A stretch of DNA of 53,284 nt, filler included, from Squatina squatina (taxonomy: Eukaryota), in the NCBI GenBank assembly GCA_031763465.1. It is 3 parts of 3 records of this genome, joined end to end, with 100 filler letters (N's around TTAATTAATTAA, not from the genome) between each part and the next. Parts side by side here need not be neighbours in the genome. Positions count along the whole stretch, not along the records: positions 1 to 24,016 come from JARFOE010000013.1; 2 more parts are not named here. One strand, written 5' to 3'. The notes under the pieces were generated by a model that saw only the letters and a list, made by a program, of their open reading frames with translations, was not told the DNA's origin and did not search any database. The translations under genes and the position numbers were made by a program. Numbering within the stretch: the stretch's first letter is position 1; the number at the start of each line of letters is the position of its first letter. This document shows, piece by piece, positions 12,978 to 24,116 of the stretch.

Positions 12978-14801
12978 CTGAGTGAGGAAAGAACATACAA
13001 TCAGTCCAGTTATACTTAGCAGGCAGCACAGTTACAAAGCCATGAAAAATCGTCACTAACAGACACCTGTCATCCTCTCTTGTCATTTCAATTAGTATGT
13101 GCTGTTATGTTACACTACAAAGTGAGCCACATCAAATGCCTTTATTATTCTGATGAGCCTCTTTGTACTGTCAGAAGCAAAAGGATCTAAAGATTCCCTT
13201 GAACATTAATTTTGCTACCACAGTTATTCTTTGATCACGTATGGCAACTATGTGCAATAAAACAGCTATCAAAATCTGTAAAAACAGTCATCTTTTCGAA
13301 AAGGATGTGTTTAGCTGAAGGAGTAGTATCATTTTGCAATGATGTACTTAGTCAATTTCAGGCCAGTTACATAAATTCAAAATCAAATAATCTACATCTG
13401 GTTTCAGAAGGCTGATTCAGGGATGGAGAAATCAAAAGTATATTAAAATATAATTTGTCGTTTAATACAAATGCAAACAGGGAACAATGTGCTTTCTCTT
13501 TCAGTTCTAATGCTCAGAAGAGGGAGCAGTGGAACTTTAGGCATGCTTTCAAATGGAAATGATTAAGACTGACATTGGCACAGTTACAAAACTATCTGCT
13601 GTCTCCTAACAAGTAACCATAAATGATTTCTTAAATGACAAATCTTGTACATTTGCCAACAAATAATGCCTCTTGAGCACTATGATATCAAGGACAAAAC
13701 CTAAACTAGTGTAGCAGGATTATAATATCATCTGAATCACAATCTGAAAGTCATTAGGAATATTTTCTATGTAACTGGGACTAGTCAGTCGAATTCAATC
13801 ATTCTTAATTTCAGTTTGATCTCTTCCTTTTAACTCTCCCACTTGCATTGGAAAATTCTCCATTGTTAGAGGTTTTAGAAAGTAATCCTCCTTAAAACTT
13901 AAGAGACGCACCCTGAATAGAATTAGATTTGGAGAGTGCCAATGTGATAAATATCTAAGCTAATGTCTAAATCATAGCCTAGAAATTACTGTTGGGATGC
14001 TTGATATATTTATTAAATAATGAACCGAGGAATGTTATACAAATGTATTAAGCAGTCATCTACTAATACCTATCACCAACAGTAATTTCCAGGCTCACTT
14101 TACATAAACCAGTATGCCACAAATAATCTGAAATAAATGTTGATTTACATACAAGTATATAGTTAATCCTGTATTGAGTTTGTAAAAAAATAACCAATAA
14201 TTAAAAGCTTTACACTGGTTAGTAATCAGTGAAGGGATGAGGTAACTATTAGCTTGTTATCTAATTAACATGGTCACCGGCCTCTTAGAAATTTCACTTC
14301 CCATCTTGTCCAAAAACTAGTTGTGTACAATTTTTAAGCTCTGGAAAAAAGCTCAATGGTTGGAATGTCTGTTCCAATGAAATTGAATGATTTGAGCAAA
14401 TTAATTAATGAACACATTTAGCTCATAAATGTACATTAACTCCTTTTACTGGTGAAGTTCTCAAAAGACTAAAAATTATAGGATTGAAATAAATGGAGCN
14501 NNNNNNNNNNNNNNNNNNNNNNNNNNNNNNNNNNNNNNCTGACTTTACTTTAAGCTATTGACACACTAATTGACAGCCTGCAAGTAGGTGGCACATGATT
14601 TTAAAAAAAACAGTATCCAGATTTACAACACTACTGTTGCTTATTAAGAGTGTAAGGAAGAATCTCAATAGACTAACTACAGTAAAACTTATTTTAAATT
14701 CATCAATTCTTTATAAAATTTACTATTGATTCATTATATTACTTCAACCTACTGATCTTCATAACTAAGCAATGTATTATCAACCAACTACTGTAACTTA
14801 C

Positions 14802-14916
14802 CATGGGCACTGTACAGCAACTGCATATTTTCAAACTCCAAAGCAGTGTAAGATGGGTCTAAAGCTTCACTATAATTTGCCATGTCCATATCCAAGAACG
14901 ATTCAGACAGCCTCAT
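14802..14916 (-). CDS. HNF4G: HNF4-gamma proximal coding exon 1 (AF-1-containing N-terminus, HNF4gamma2-like)
   Basis: Manual translation gives MRLSESFLDMDMANYSEALDPSYTALEFENMQLLYSAH plus one base, then a gtaag donor. It resembles recalled human HNF4G MRVSEPILDMDMANYSEVLDPTYTTLEFETMQILY. The phase 1 end joins exon 2 in frame (G+AC = Asp). Not in the ORF track. Confidence 0.93.
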
Positions 14917-15741
14917 TATGAATGTACACACAGCTATGTCTTATACGTCCCACTATCCGACAGCACTGTCCACTAGATTGTCTTTTACACATTCATAATT
15001 TTGAAATGCTGCCCACAATAAACTACGTGATCAGCTTGTATAACTTTATGTGGTGGAATGGGAGGAGTCCTTGAAGACACGGACTCATTCTGTACAGTTA
15101 TGTTACCTGTGGCTTCTGGACCAAGAGAACCTAACTGAGGTTATGATGTTCATGGAATTTTAATGTGCTTTATCATTTGACATTGAAAGTCAGCAATAGC
15201 TATTGGCTTTCTAATCACATTAAGTGCTCTAAAAGAGGACTTTGCTACATAAAAAATACAGTTACACTGGAACATAAATGAAGCATAAAGGGAAGATATC
15301 TATATGGATCAAGTACTTTGGCTTAATTTTTCAACCGTTACCAGAAAATGTTGTGGCTGTTTGTTCAACTTTGCAAACTACTGCTAATTATATTCATTTG
15401 CAAAGTCAACAGAAAACAGAATGAGGCTAGATTTATTACAACAAAACTTGACTTATTAGACTATGTGAGGTACCACTGCACCTCTTCAGAAGATGTACCA
15501 ATATTATTGTTTAAATTAGGATAAAAAATAAAGTGAATGAAGTGCTGAATGAATCACTTATTGTATTAAATGATGCTCTGCGTTTGATAACCATTGCTGG
15601 AACGTCACAAAGTTCCACAGCACTTTGTGTAGAAGGAGGGATCAGTAAGCTAAAAATAGGAAAAAGGTTATTAGCCACAACATTTATCTCTATTATAATG
15701 CATTAGCACACTCGAGATTGTGTTCTAAAGCAGGAATACAT

Positions 15742-15860
15742 TTTTTTAAATTCGTTCCTGGGATGTGGGCTTTGCTGGCAAGGCCAGCATTTATTGCCCA
15801 TCCCTAGTTGCCCTCGAGAAGGTGGTGATGAGCCACTTTCTTGAACCGCTGCAGTCCTTG
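15742..15860 (-). mobile_element. LINE 3' end, same family as 9690-9913
   Basis: Minus strand GLQRFKKVAHHHLLEGN*, then gggatgggcaataaatgctggccttgccagc and a poly-A tail. Confidence 0.75.
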
Positions 15861-16329
15861 TCTTTAGATGATAGTGATAAACTACTTGAGGTTTACTTGT
15901 AGTCTATGGCATCATCTCAATCCCTACTTTCTAACAAACATCAAACTGTGCATTACTCTACACACAGAGGGTTCATCTGCATAAATTTTATAGAGTTTCC
16001 TGAGCACTTTACAGTATAAATATTCTCAATGAACATGATGCATTTATGCATACTAGACACAATCGAGAATAGCACACTTGTGACTCCATCAGTTCTATGC
16101 TGGTTTATGATTTATTCTTAAACTACATTTGAAAAATAAAATCACAATTGTGCCAAAAACTATAAACATGCTTTGTTATTGTACACTGGATATCACTGAA
16201 AATTGCTTATGCAGCTGAACTTGGAAAGTAAACACAATTCTAACCGAAGAACTATAAAATACTTTACACAGTCCATATTGAAGATAGTGAAAAATGCTTT
16301 CTTCAGAAAATACATCACCTTCCCAATGT

Positions 16330-16844
16330 CAAGACAGAAGGCAATGGAGCGCTAAACTGGATTCCTCCAAATGGCTGGCTTCCCGATGGTGCAGGGTGCC
16401 ATCAATTGCACTCACATAGCCATAAGGGCCCCACATACTCAGGCAGAATGGTTCCGCAATTGCAAGGGCTTCCTCTCTCTCAACGTTCAGTTGGTGTGCA
16501 ATCTCAAGAGGATGATCATGACCGTCGATGCCCGCTAGCCGAGCAGAGCCCACGACACATTCATAGTGCGGCAAAGCAGAATCCCTGAAAAGTTTGAGGG
16601 TCCCCATGCCCCCTGTGGATGACTGCTGGGAGACAAATGGTACCCCTTGCTAACATGGCTCATGACCCCCCTTCAGAACCTCCGCACTGCAGCTGAGCGC
16701 AGTGACAGCCATCCCTCAACAAGGATCATCATAGAGTGTCCTCAAGCAGCGATTCCGCTGTCTTGTCAAAGCACTGCAGTACTCGCCTGACCGGGTCTCC
16801 TTTGTTTGTTGTAGTGTGCTGCAAGCTGCACAACCTGGCCATCC
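16330..16844 (+). mobile_element. Decayed PIF/Harbinger (HARBI1-like) DDE transposase
   Basis: Translates with stops and frameshifts to AGFPMVQGAINCTHIAIRAP..RNCKGFLSLNVQLVC..HDTFIVRQS..LLGDKWYPLLTWLMTP..TRIIIE..LKQRFRCL..LQYSPDRV..VVVCCKLHNLAI. Confidence 0.9.
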
Positions 16845-19800
16845 NNNNNNNNNNNNNNNNNNNNNNNNNNNNNNNNNNNNNNNNNNNNNNNNNNNNNNNN
16901 NNNNNNNNNNNNNNNNNNNNNNNNNNNNNNNNNNNNNNNNNNNNGAACGCCCAGGGATCCAAGAGCCTGAGGTAAGTTCGTAATATTTTTGAGATTGGAG
17001 GCATCCGCACGCAGGAAGTCTCCAATTGCAATTTCAGGCCCAATACCTCTAACTGCCTCACTGAAAACTTGCTAACCTCTTTAAGTCCAGACAAGATCCC
17101 TAGTACTGGCACCAAAGAGAGATAAGGAAACTATAAACCTGGTAGTATATTTTAATCATTTCTAGATCACAGTATATCTGGCAGTTAACATACTGGTAAC
17201 TGCCACTGGGAAGATCTAATTCATTGTGCTTACTTCACATTAATAGCAAATTAAATCAAACTGTAATCATAGACCATTTATGACTGCAGTTATTCTGTTA
17301 AAGTACAACTCAGCCTTAATTACTGGCACAAGTAATCCAAAAGGCCACTTCCTGTTAATGGTTAGTTTGGCTTGTACATATGTCTGATTGCATAGCTATA
17401 TGTATTAGAAATGACAAGCAAACTACCAAATCTTCTGAAGAATAAAGCAAAATGAATGGGATTTTTCATTCAGATATGGCCATGTAACCAAAAATGTTCT
17501 GCTCCAAACTCTTTTGTACTTAGTTGGCTAATCACAAATCAGGAAGTGGTAGTTGCAGAAAACTCTTTCGCAATTTTAGATCAGCAAACTTTTAGTGATG
17601 TTCTATCCTTGAAAAAATCAGCACATCTCCATGTAGTCTTCAAAGCCAAGACACTGCATTAAAAACATCATAATGGTATGTGCCCTATTGGCTTGTCCTT
17701 GGTGCATTTCCCTCAAGAGTTGTAAAGTACTTGCTGCGGAGGATGTTCAACTAAAGCCAATTTTTACGAGAGATGAGAAATTCAAAGTCAACAGACTTAG
17801 GCTGCTGGATATTTTGTCAAATATAATTCAAATACTCACCCTGTTACAACCCAGAGATTTAATATTGCCAATGCTGAATCAGTATGATTCTTTTGTACCT
17901 ATTTATTCCCAAATTATGGAGTAAATATTATTATTGGCAGTGTTGTCATAATNNNNNNNNNNNNNNNNNNNNNNNNNNNNNNNNNNNNNNNNNNNNNNNN
18001 NNNNNNNNNNNNNNNNNNNNNNNNNNNNNNNNNNNNNNNNNNNNNNNNNNNNCCACGTTTCTTTTTTCTGAGCATGAAGTGAAACAATAGATGATGCATT
18101 CCTCACTAGTTGCCTCATGGTTTTTCATTCATGCAACCAAGGAGATAGGTTGATACGGTTCTAGCGCTTCTAAACTGCTTAAATTAACATAGCTCTGAGT
18201 CTCTGATCCTTTACTTTTCCCCTCACGAACTCCTAACACTTAAAAATCAATTATCAATTATTTTAACAGGAGGCAGAATGTTAAATATCTTCACTGCCAG
18301 CATGGGAATTCCACTGATGTGGAAAGTGGGATTACTGAATGGAACAACGAAAGCAAACAGAATGCAAGCCATAATATGTTCCCAAGATACCTCACAACCT
18401 TTTCCTCACCTTTAGCCACAAACAAAAGTGCACAGTAAATTAATTCAGCAAGCAATAATCAAAACGTTTCTAATAAGAGGCTTCAGGAAGAGGTAGTACA
18501 AAATCACAAATGTTTCCGCAGTACCATTTTCAAATATTTTTGTTCTAAATATTAAAACCCAGTCTCAATAAGGCTTTATATAAACTACCTAAATTAATGA
18601 AAACTTTACTGCAATATGAACATTTGCTGCTGCAGGTTTATACATTTCAATATTTCTATCAACGTTTAGTTATTTCAAAATAAAAATCTGTGTTAGAAAA
18701 ATATTATTCAGCCTTCTTAATTTTTTGCGGAGCTTGAAGCAATCCCATCCATCGCTATCTTTGAATTTCCTCCTCCAAATTACTTAATCACCAAGAGTCT
18801 TGCATATTAGAGCTTTTCAGTTTTCACAGTGAAACCAGAGGACTGANNNNNNNNNNNNNNNNNNNNNNNNNNNNNNNNNNNNNNNNNNNNNNNNNNNNNN
18901 NNNNNNNNNNNNNNNNNNNNNNNNNNNNNNNNNNNNNNNNNNNNNNCGTGATAAAATGGCGTTGGGTGCTTCCCGCTGTGATGCCAATCCATTCACGCCT
19001 TCCTCCATTTTAACTGACAGATTTCTGGCAGCATTGGAGCCTCCCGCTACAGGCAAATGGCAATAACTATTTACTGTTAATAATTGATAATGAGAGAAAA
19101 TGTCAAGCCTAACTGTTTCAAATACATCTTTGACAGCACAGATTACTAGTAACTGCCTCTAATTCTATTACATGAACATGTATAAGTAATATTCACTTCT
19201 TTCTTAAATTATGAAATACTTGGCAAGTTCCTAAATAAAATCATTTGGATGTATCCTATCTTTTGAAAACTAATCCCAATACAATCAGTTATTACTGGGA
19301 CAAATGCAATGCTGAAATAGCAGTAAGTGTACTGCAATAAAATTCTCGTATTCAAACCTGTTTACTTAGTTACATTACTTAATTGCCGAGACCTTCGTAC
19401 CTGGTGATACCTAGAGCATACACCATCTCTGCCAATAATCCTTTGCATTTTGAAATTCCAACGTTGTTGCTAACAAGCAGTGAATACTTTGTTTAAACAT
19501 AAGCTCAGAAAGGTGTGGTAAGATCTAAAAGTTTACTGGGCTCCACCAGCCACCTTCAGTAAACTGGTTTCAAGGAACTGAAGTGATTACATGTATCTTT
19601 AAAGTGTAAACCCAATGAAATGTTGTCTTGTTCTCCTCACTCTTGAAATTTGAAAAGAGATGGGAATGACTTGTGTAACAGTCAGATTAAACTTGTATCA
19701 GTCTTTTATGTTGGATTTTGTTCTATCAAAGGTACTCGTTTTAGTACAAGTGTAGCCCAGATGTATCTTTGCAGCAGATTTAGTTACATAACTTTCCAAT

Positions 19801-20916
19801 TTTCAATGCTTTCCCTCAGAAAAAATTAAAGTTCATCAACATGTATAGGAACAGTATCATCTATTGTACACGATAGAAAGTAGTCTGAACAGTGTTAGTG
19901 CTTATAAATCGTCCTCGTGAACCTCCCAATGCTGTTGCTCACAAATTCCACTTTAACCATTGCATGCACTATCTAATCTCATGAAGGTCTGCAACTTTCA
20001 TCCATGTAACAAACTATGTAAAAAAACTTTAGGAATGCTATTTCAAACCCTCGTGGACTAATTTATTATTTATTCATCTTTATTCTTTTCAAGCTAACTG
20101 CATCATAAGTAACTTGCTATGTCTTGCAGCTTCTGGATAATTACTTTGTCAATAAATCACTCTATGTGGGTAGTCGTCTGACATCACGCTTCCAATGGGT
20201 GAGGCTCCACACCAGTGTGCGATTCCATAAAAGTATCCCTCATTGGTTTTAGTCTGAATACAATGGTCTGACAGTGTAATATATAGCAGCTTCTTGAGTA
20301 GACAGGAGGATGGGGTGGGCATCCTATGTAATCTCTGGTACATTACCTTTGAATGGTAATAGTTAGTCCCATGGCTTGCCATCCTACTCAAAGCACACAG
20401 AGGTGGAGTTTTTTGTTCACAGGAGACTTCTTCCACTGGAAATTACTTTCCTACTGTGAACAGTGAAAAGTGAAAAGTGGTGAGAGAAAGCCCGAACTAT
20501 AACAACTATCTTTGCAGCTAAGAGGCAGTAACCTTGAGTGGCTGTGCATGCATGCTGATTCTGGGATATATAAGTTATCGTTATTGCCCTGAAAGCAATA
20601 GGTTTTTTAGCAAACAAACACTGATAACTTATCTTTTGTGCTGGGAAATCTCCACCTCATGTGTGGCTGTTTTGTTCAGGCAATGCTATAAAGTTCTGTC
20701 ATTTACTTCACACAAGCAGTAACTTCCGTTGTAACCCTTAAAGGACTAAAACATTGCCTTATGTCCAAATAAATGAGTATCCATCTCCATAGTGTAATCA
20801 CTATAACCGCTGAATTATTCCCACAATTAAGCTCAGCTGCATAATGTTTTGAAAGCATCTTATGGAACAGCTAAACTTCTCATCCCTTTAGTTCTCAAAA
20901 TGTTAGAATACATTTT

Positions 20917-21161
20917 GGACGGCCAATTCGTGGTAAAACTTCTGGCATGAAAGTGGCGCAAAACTGGCGTTAAGCCACTTTTGACGCTAAAACGTGGGCT
21001 CAAAACGGGCGCAGAGTCTATAATGCTCGAGGTGCTGGCGTTAGTCTAAACGCGGTGCTGTGATGTCATCATTGCGTGCGCCGTCCAAAATGGGCGCCCG
21101 TCCAGAATTGCACAGTGTCAGTGTGCACTAAATCGAGCGGTGACAACGCCTGCTTTTTTCA
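20917..21161 (+). mobile_element. CpG-rich non-autonomous DNA transposon end (Harbinger-MITE-like), truncated by a gap
   Basis: Begins gg..ccaattcgt and shares gtcatcatt..caaaatgg.cgcc..agaatt..gcg.tgacaacg with 22867-23140. Confidence 0.55.
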
Positions 21162-21525
21162 NNNNNNNNNNNNNNNNNNNNNNNNNNNNNNNNNNNNNNN
21201 NNNNNNNNNNNNNNNNNNNNNNNNNNNNNNNNNNNNNNNNNNNNNNNNNNNNNNNNNNNNNACCAAGGGGTGACGTGGGCATGCAAAGGAAAGAATTTAA
21301 TAACAATCTTTTTAAAAAAAAATTCCTCCCCCATCACTTTCTCAAACTCCCAAACGTTACAAAGATGCCGAAATAACAGCGAGAGAAGTCGAGGTGCAAG
21401 TACAAGAGGTTACTGCGGGCGAGAGGGGCGCTCCCTTCACGTGGACTGGCCACTGTTTATCTACTTCACGTCACACGGCTCCCGGGGGAGAAGGAAGAGG
21501 GGGAAAATAAGCCGCCGATTCTTAC

Positions 21526-21740
21526 CTTTACTCTTTTGAAGCCGCGCTCCTTCTGCTTGTTGTCATTGCGGTGGGCCGCGGGGGCAGGCCGGCCGGTGGG
21601 CGGCACCGAGTGGGCTCTCAGAGAGCGAGGGCAGCACAAGCCGAGAGCGCCCGACTCTTAGCTCCGAGCCAGCAGCAAGGTGCGCCCTTCCCATCTGCTG
21701 CCGAGGGCGGCTCGGTCCCAGGCGCCAGGCCCCGGCCAAC
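21526..21740 (-). other. HNF4G: Putative non-coding distal first exon of HNF4G (5' boundary approximate) carrying two uORFs
   Basis: GC-rich segment just downstream of the promoter, ending in a strong AAG|gtaag donor at 21526/21525. The frame that would join exon 2 is closed by TGA at 21565-21563. Confidence 0.6.
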
Positions 21741-21744
21741 CTGT

Positions 21745-21830
21745 CACTGCATCGATCTTTGAATAAACTCCAAGTGGGTGGAGATGTTAAACAGTAACTA
21801 ACGTCAAAGCCACTCGCCCGGCTCCACGCC
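21745..21830 (-). promoter_or_regulatory. Distal (P2-like) HNF4G promoter: HNF1 site, GT/CACCC box, ONECUT-type site
   Basis: Minus strand reads TAGTTACTGTTTAACATCTCCACCCACTTGGAGTTTATTCAAAGATCGATG. It contains an HNF1-type palindrome (21786-21798), CCACCCAC (21774-21781) and ATCGAT (21751-21756). It lies in a CpG island upstream of HNF4G exon 1 in the same orientation. Confidence 0.72.
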
Positions 21831-22866
21831 ACTTTACCTTGTGCCGAACTGGCCCTTCTCGGCTCCCTCGCACTCGTCCTCTACGTTACCTTCTTGATTT
21901 ATTTATTTTTTTAATTATTTGTTCGTAGGAAGTGATGATGTTGGTAAGAAAAGTCATCCTTCCTTACTCATCCCTGGTTTCCTTCAAGTCATCAAGAGTC
22001 AACTTTATGCAGACTGGAGTCAAGCATGGGCCACACCGAGTCGGGAGATTCCCCCTTCCCCGAAGAACAGTTGGGTTTTTAAGCAAAATCTTTGTCCATT
22101 TGTCTTTTCTCCCCCTTTCACAAACAATGATCCTGGCCCTAGAGTAATTGAATTCAAAATTACCGGCTTGCCGATGGAGAGAGTTGAACTTTGAACTCAC
22201 AGTCTCGGAGGTTGCCGGTTCAGTTACCGTACCCACCGGTTACAGTGACAGACATGTCGAGGGGAAAAGAAAGAAAGATTAGAATGGGAGCGGAAGGAAT
22301 AGAGTTCTCTCGTTACTTTGAGAAAAAGCAGTCAAGGTGAAGGGAGCTCACCTTCCTAAGGTTCCTAAGGTTATGGGAAGGGAATGGGAATTTTCCTGTG
22401 CATTGTCCCAGAATCTTTACAGGAAGTATGCACATACTTACATCAGGCAAAGAAAACATTTAGAGGGCTATCTAGAAAATGGTCCCTAGCCATTGGTTCA
22501 AATTTTCCCTGTCATGCATATAAATGTACATTAAAAGTTGGTTGTTGTGTCATAAATCAGCTAATTCGGTTGACATAGCATGGGATAATAACTACAGATA
22601 TTTGAGGTCACATTGGCAAGGGGGAACTACCTTAAAAAAAAGTAACGTCTTACGTGGTTGTTATGAACTTCTCAGGCTAATGCTGGTTCAGCAGTCATCG
22701 TTCTGCTGGAGTTTCTCTTCATTCATATATTAAATGGTAAGGATTGCAGCTTGCAGCACAAACAATTGCAAACCTTGGATGGCTCATGCTACAAAGCACC
22801 CATAGATTGTGCAACGCAACACAATCGCTCTTCGATCAAATCAAATGCTTGTTTAACAATAAACCA

Positions 22867-23140
22867 GGGGCACCCAATTCGTCCTTTTTTTTCGGCGCCA
22901 ATCTAGCGTTAAATCGGCGTTAAGGGCTTAACGCTGAATTAGGCGCTAAATTTGGCGATGGGAAATTCGTTCCCCCTTAATGCTGGCGCTAACTGGGCGT
23001 TAAAGCTTTAAGGCTGAAAGCACAGAGTTCACCATTAGAGGGAATCAATTACGTCATCATTCGGCGCAACGCCAAAAATGGCCGCCTGCTGGAGAATTTG
23101 ACAAGGCTGCTGAGCCTTAAAACTAGCGCTGACAACGTCC
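22867..23140 (+). mobile_element. CpG-rich non-autonomous DNA transposon end with repeated gcgttaa palindromes, truncated by a gap
   Basis: Homologous to 20917-21161. Contains the perfect inverted repeat gcgttaag-gg-cttaacgc. Confidence 0.55.
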
Positions 23141-24016
23141 NNNNNNNNNNNNNNNNNNNNNNNNNNNNNNNNNNNNNNNNNNNNNNNNNNNNNNNNNNNN
23201 NNNNNNNNNNNNNNNNNNNNNNNNNNNNNNNNNNNNNNNNTTTAAATACTTAAATGACATCTCACATGAACCTTTGAGCTTTGTCTGAGGTTAACAATGG
23301 AAATAACGATGTACAAGGAGGTTGTTTATTTATACAATTAATGGCCTTAAAATGCCACAATGATTGTCCTGGATTCCCATTATAACTTCAGCAGGAGACC
23401 AGTGCAACTCCTGAAGAAATTATATAGAAGATTGCAAACTCCAATGGAATTTCAGGGCCCATGTTTATGAGAATGGCCACATGGATATTTACTGATCCAA
23501 TTCAGACTCCACTCACTCCCTCGTCACTCTCCTGATCTGGAGCTGGAAATGTACATGCATTTTCCAATCTGCAAAATTCCCTCACTAAACAGCAATAAAC
23601 ACTGAGTGACCTCAGGCTGCATGGACATCAAAAAACCAGCTCGCCTTCAACACATCACCACCAGAGCAATTTATTATGCATCCCAAGAACAACTCATCAG
23701 TACTAATAAAGTCACTTTTTGTAATGCAAGCTCTGTTTTCCTTCATGTAGCTTACACTATCTTTCAGAAGTTAGGACAGTGGGATATCACAATATTTGCA
23801 ATATCCATACAGAAATGTTTGAAATCCACAGTTTAAAGATTCTTATTTAATTTGGTTTACTCTTATTAATGGAACATTTACAATATATTTATTTCAGAAA
23901 TGTTTTGCGCAACTTTTCAAAACACAGGGTGAAATTGATATTCAGCGGTAGAGCAAAGCAGGCGATAGCGAATCAGCAGCTTGTTTTACACCCTGCACGA
24001 TTTTCTTTTCCATTTT

Positions 24017-24116
24017 NNNNNNNNNNNNNNNNNNNNNNNNNNNNNNNNNNNNNNNNNNNNTTAATTAATTAANNNNNNNNNNNNNNNNNNNNNNNNNNNN
24101 NNNNNNNNNNNNNNNN
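24017..24116. other. Artificial scaffold linker: 44 N + TTAATTAATTAA + 44 N
   Basis: A 12-mer with stop codons in all six frames, centred in a spacer of exactly 100 nt. Confidence 0.95.

Larger units (their letters stand above)
21380..21885. promoter_or_regulatory. CpG island
   Basis: Visibly GC- and CpG-rich non-repeat sequence in an otherwise AT-rich window. Confidence 0.75.

Noticed and set aside
11934-14916. Assignment to HNF4A or HNF4B
   Set aside because: MANYSE, MNT.DN and [20 protein letters not shown] fit recalled HNF4G best. A phylogeny would confirm this.
21563-21832. 89-aa GC-rich ORF as a standalone gene
   Set aside because: It has a non-ATG start and spans promoter motifs in a CpG island. 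Only its ATG-initiated 3' part is kept, as a uORF.
24061-24072. TTAATTAATTAA as a biological palindrome or piggyBac target site
   Set aside because: It is centred in N padding and repeated identically at 36946-36957, so it is synthetic.
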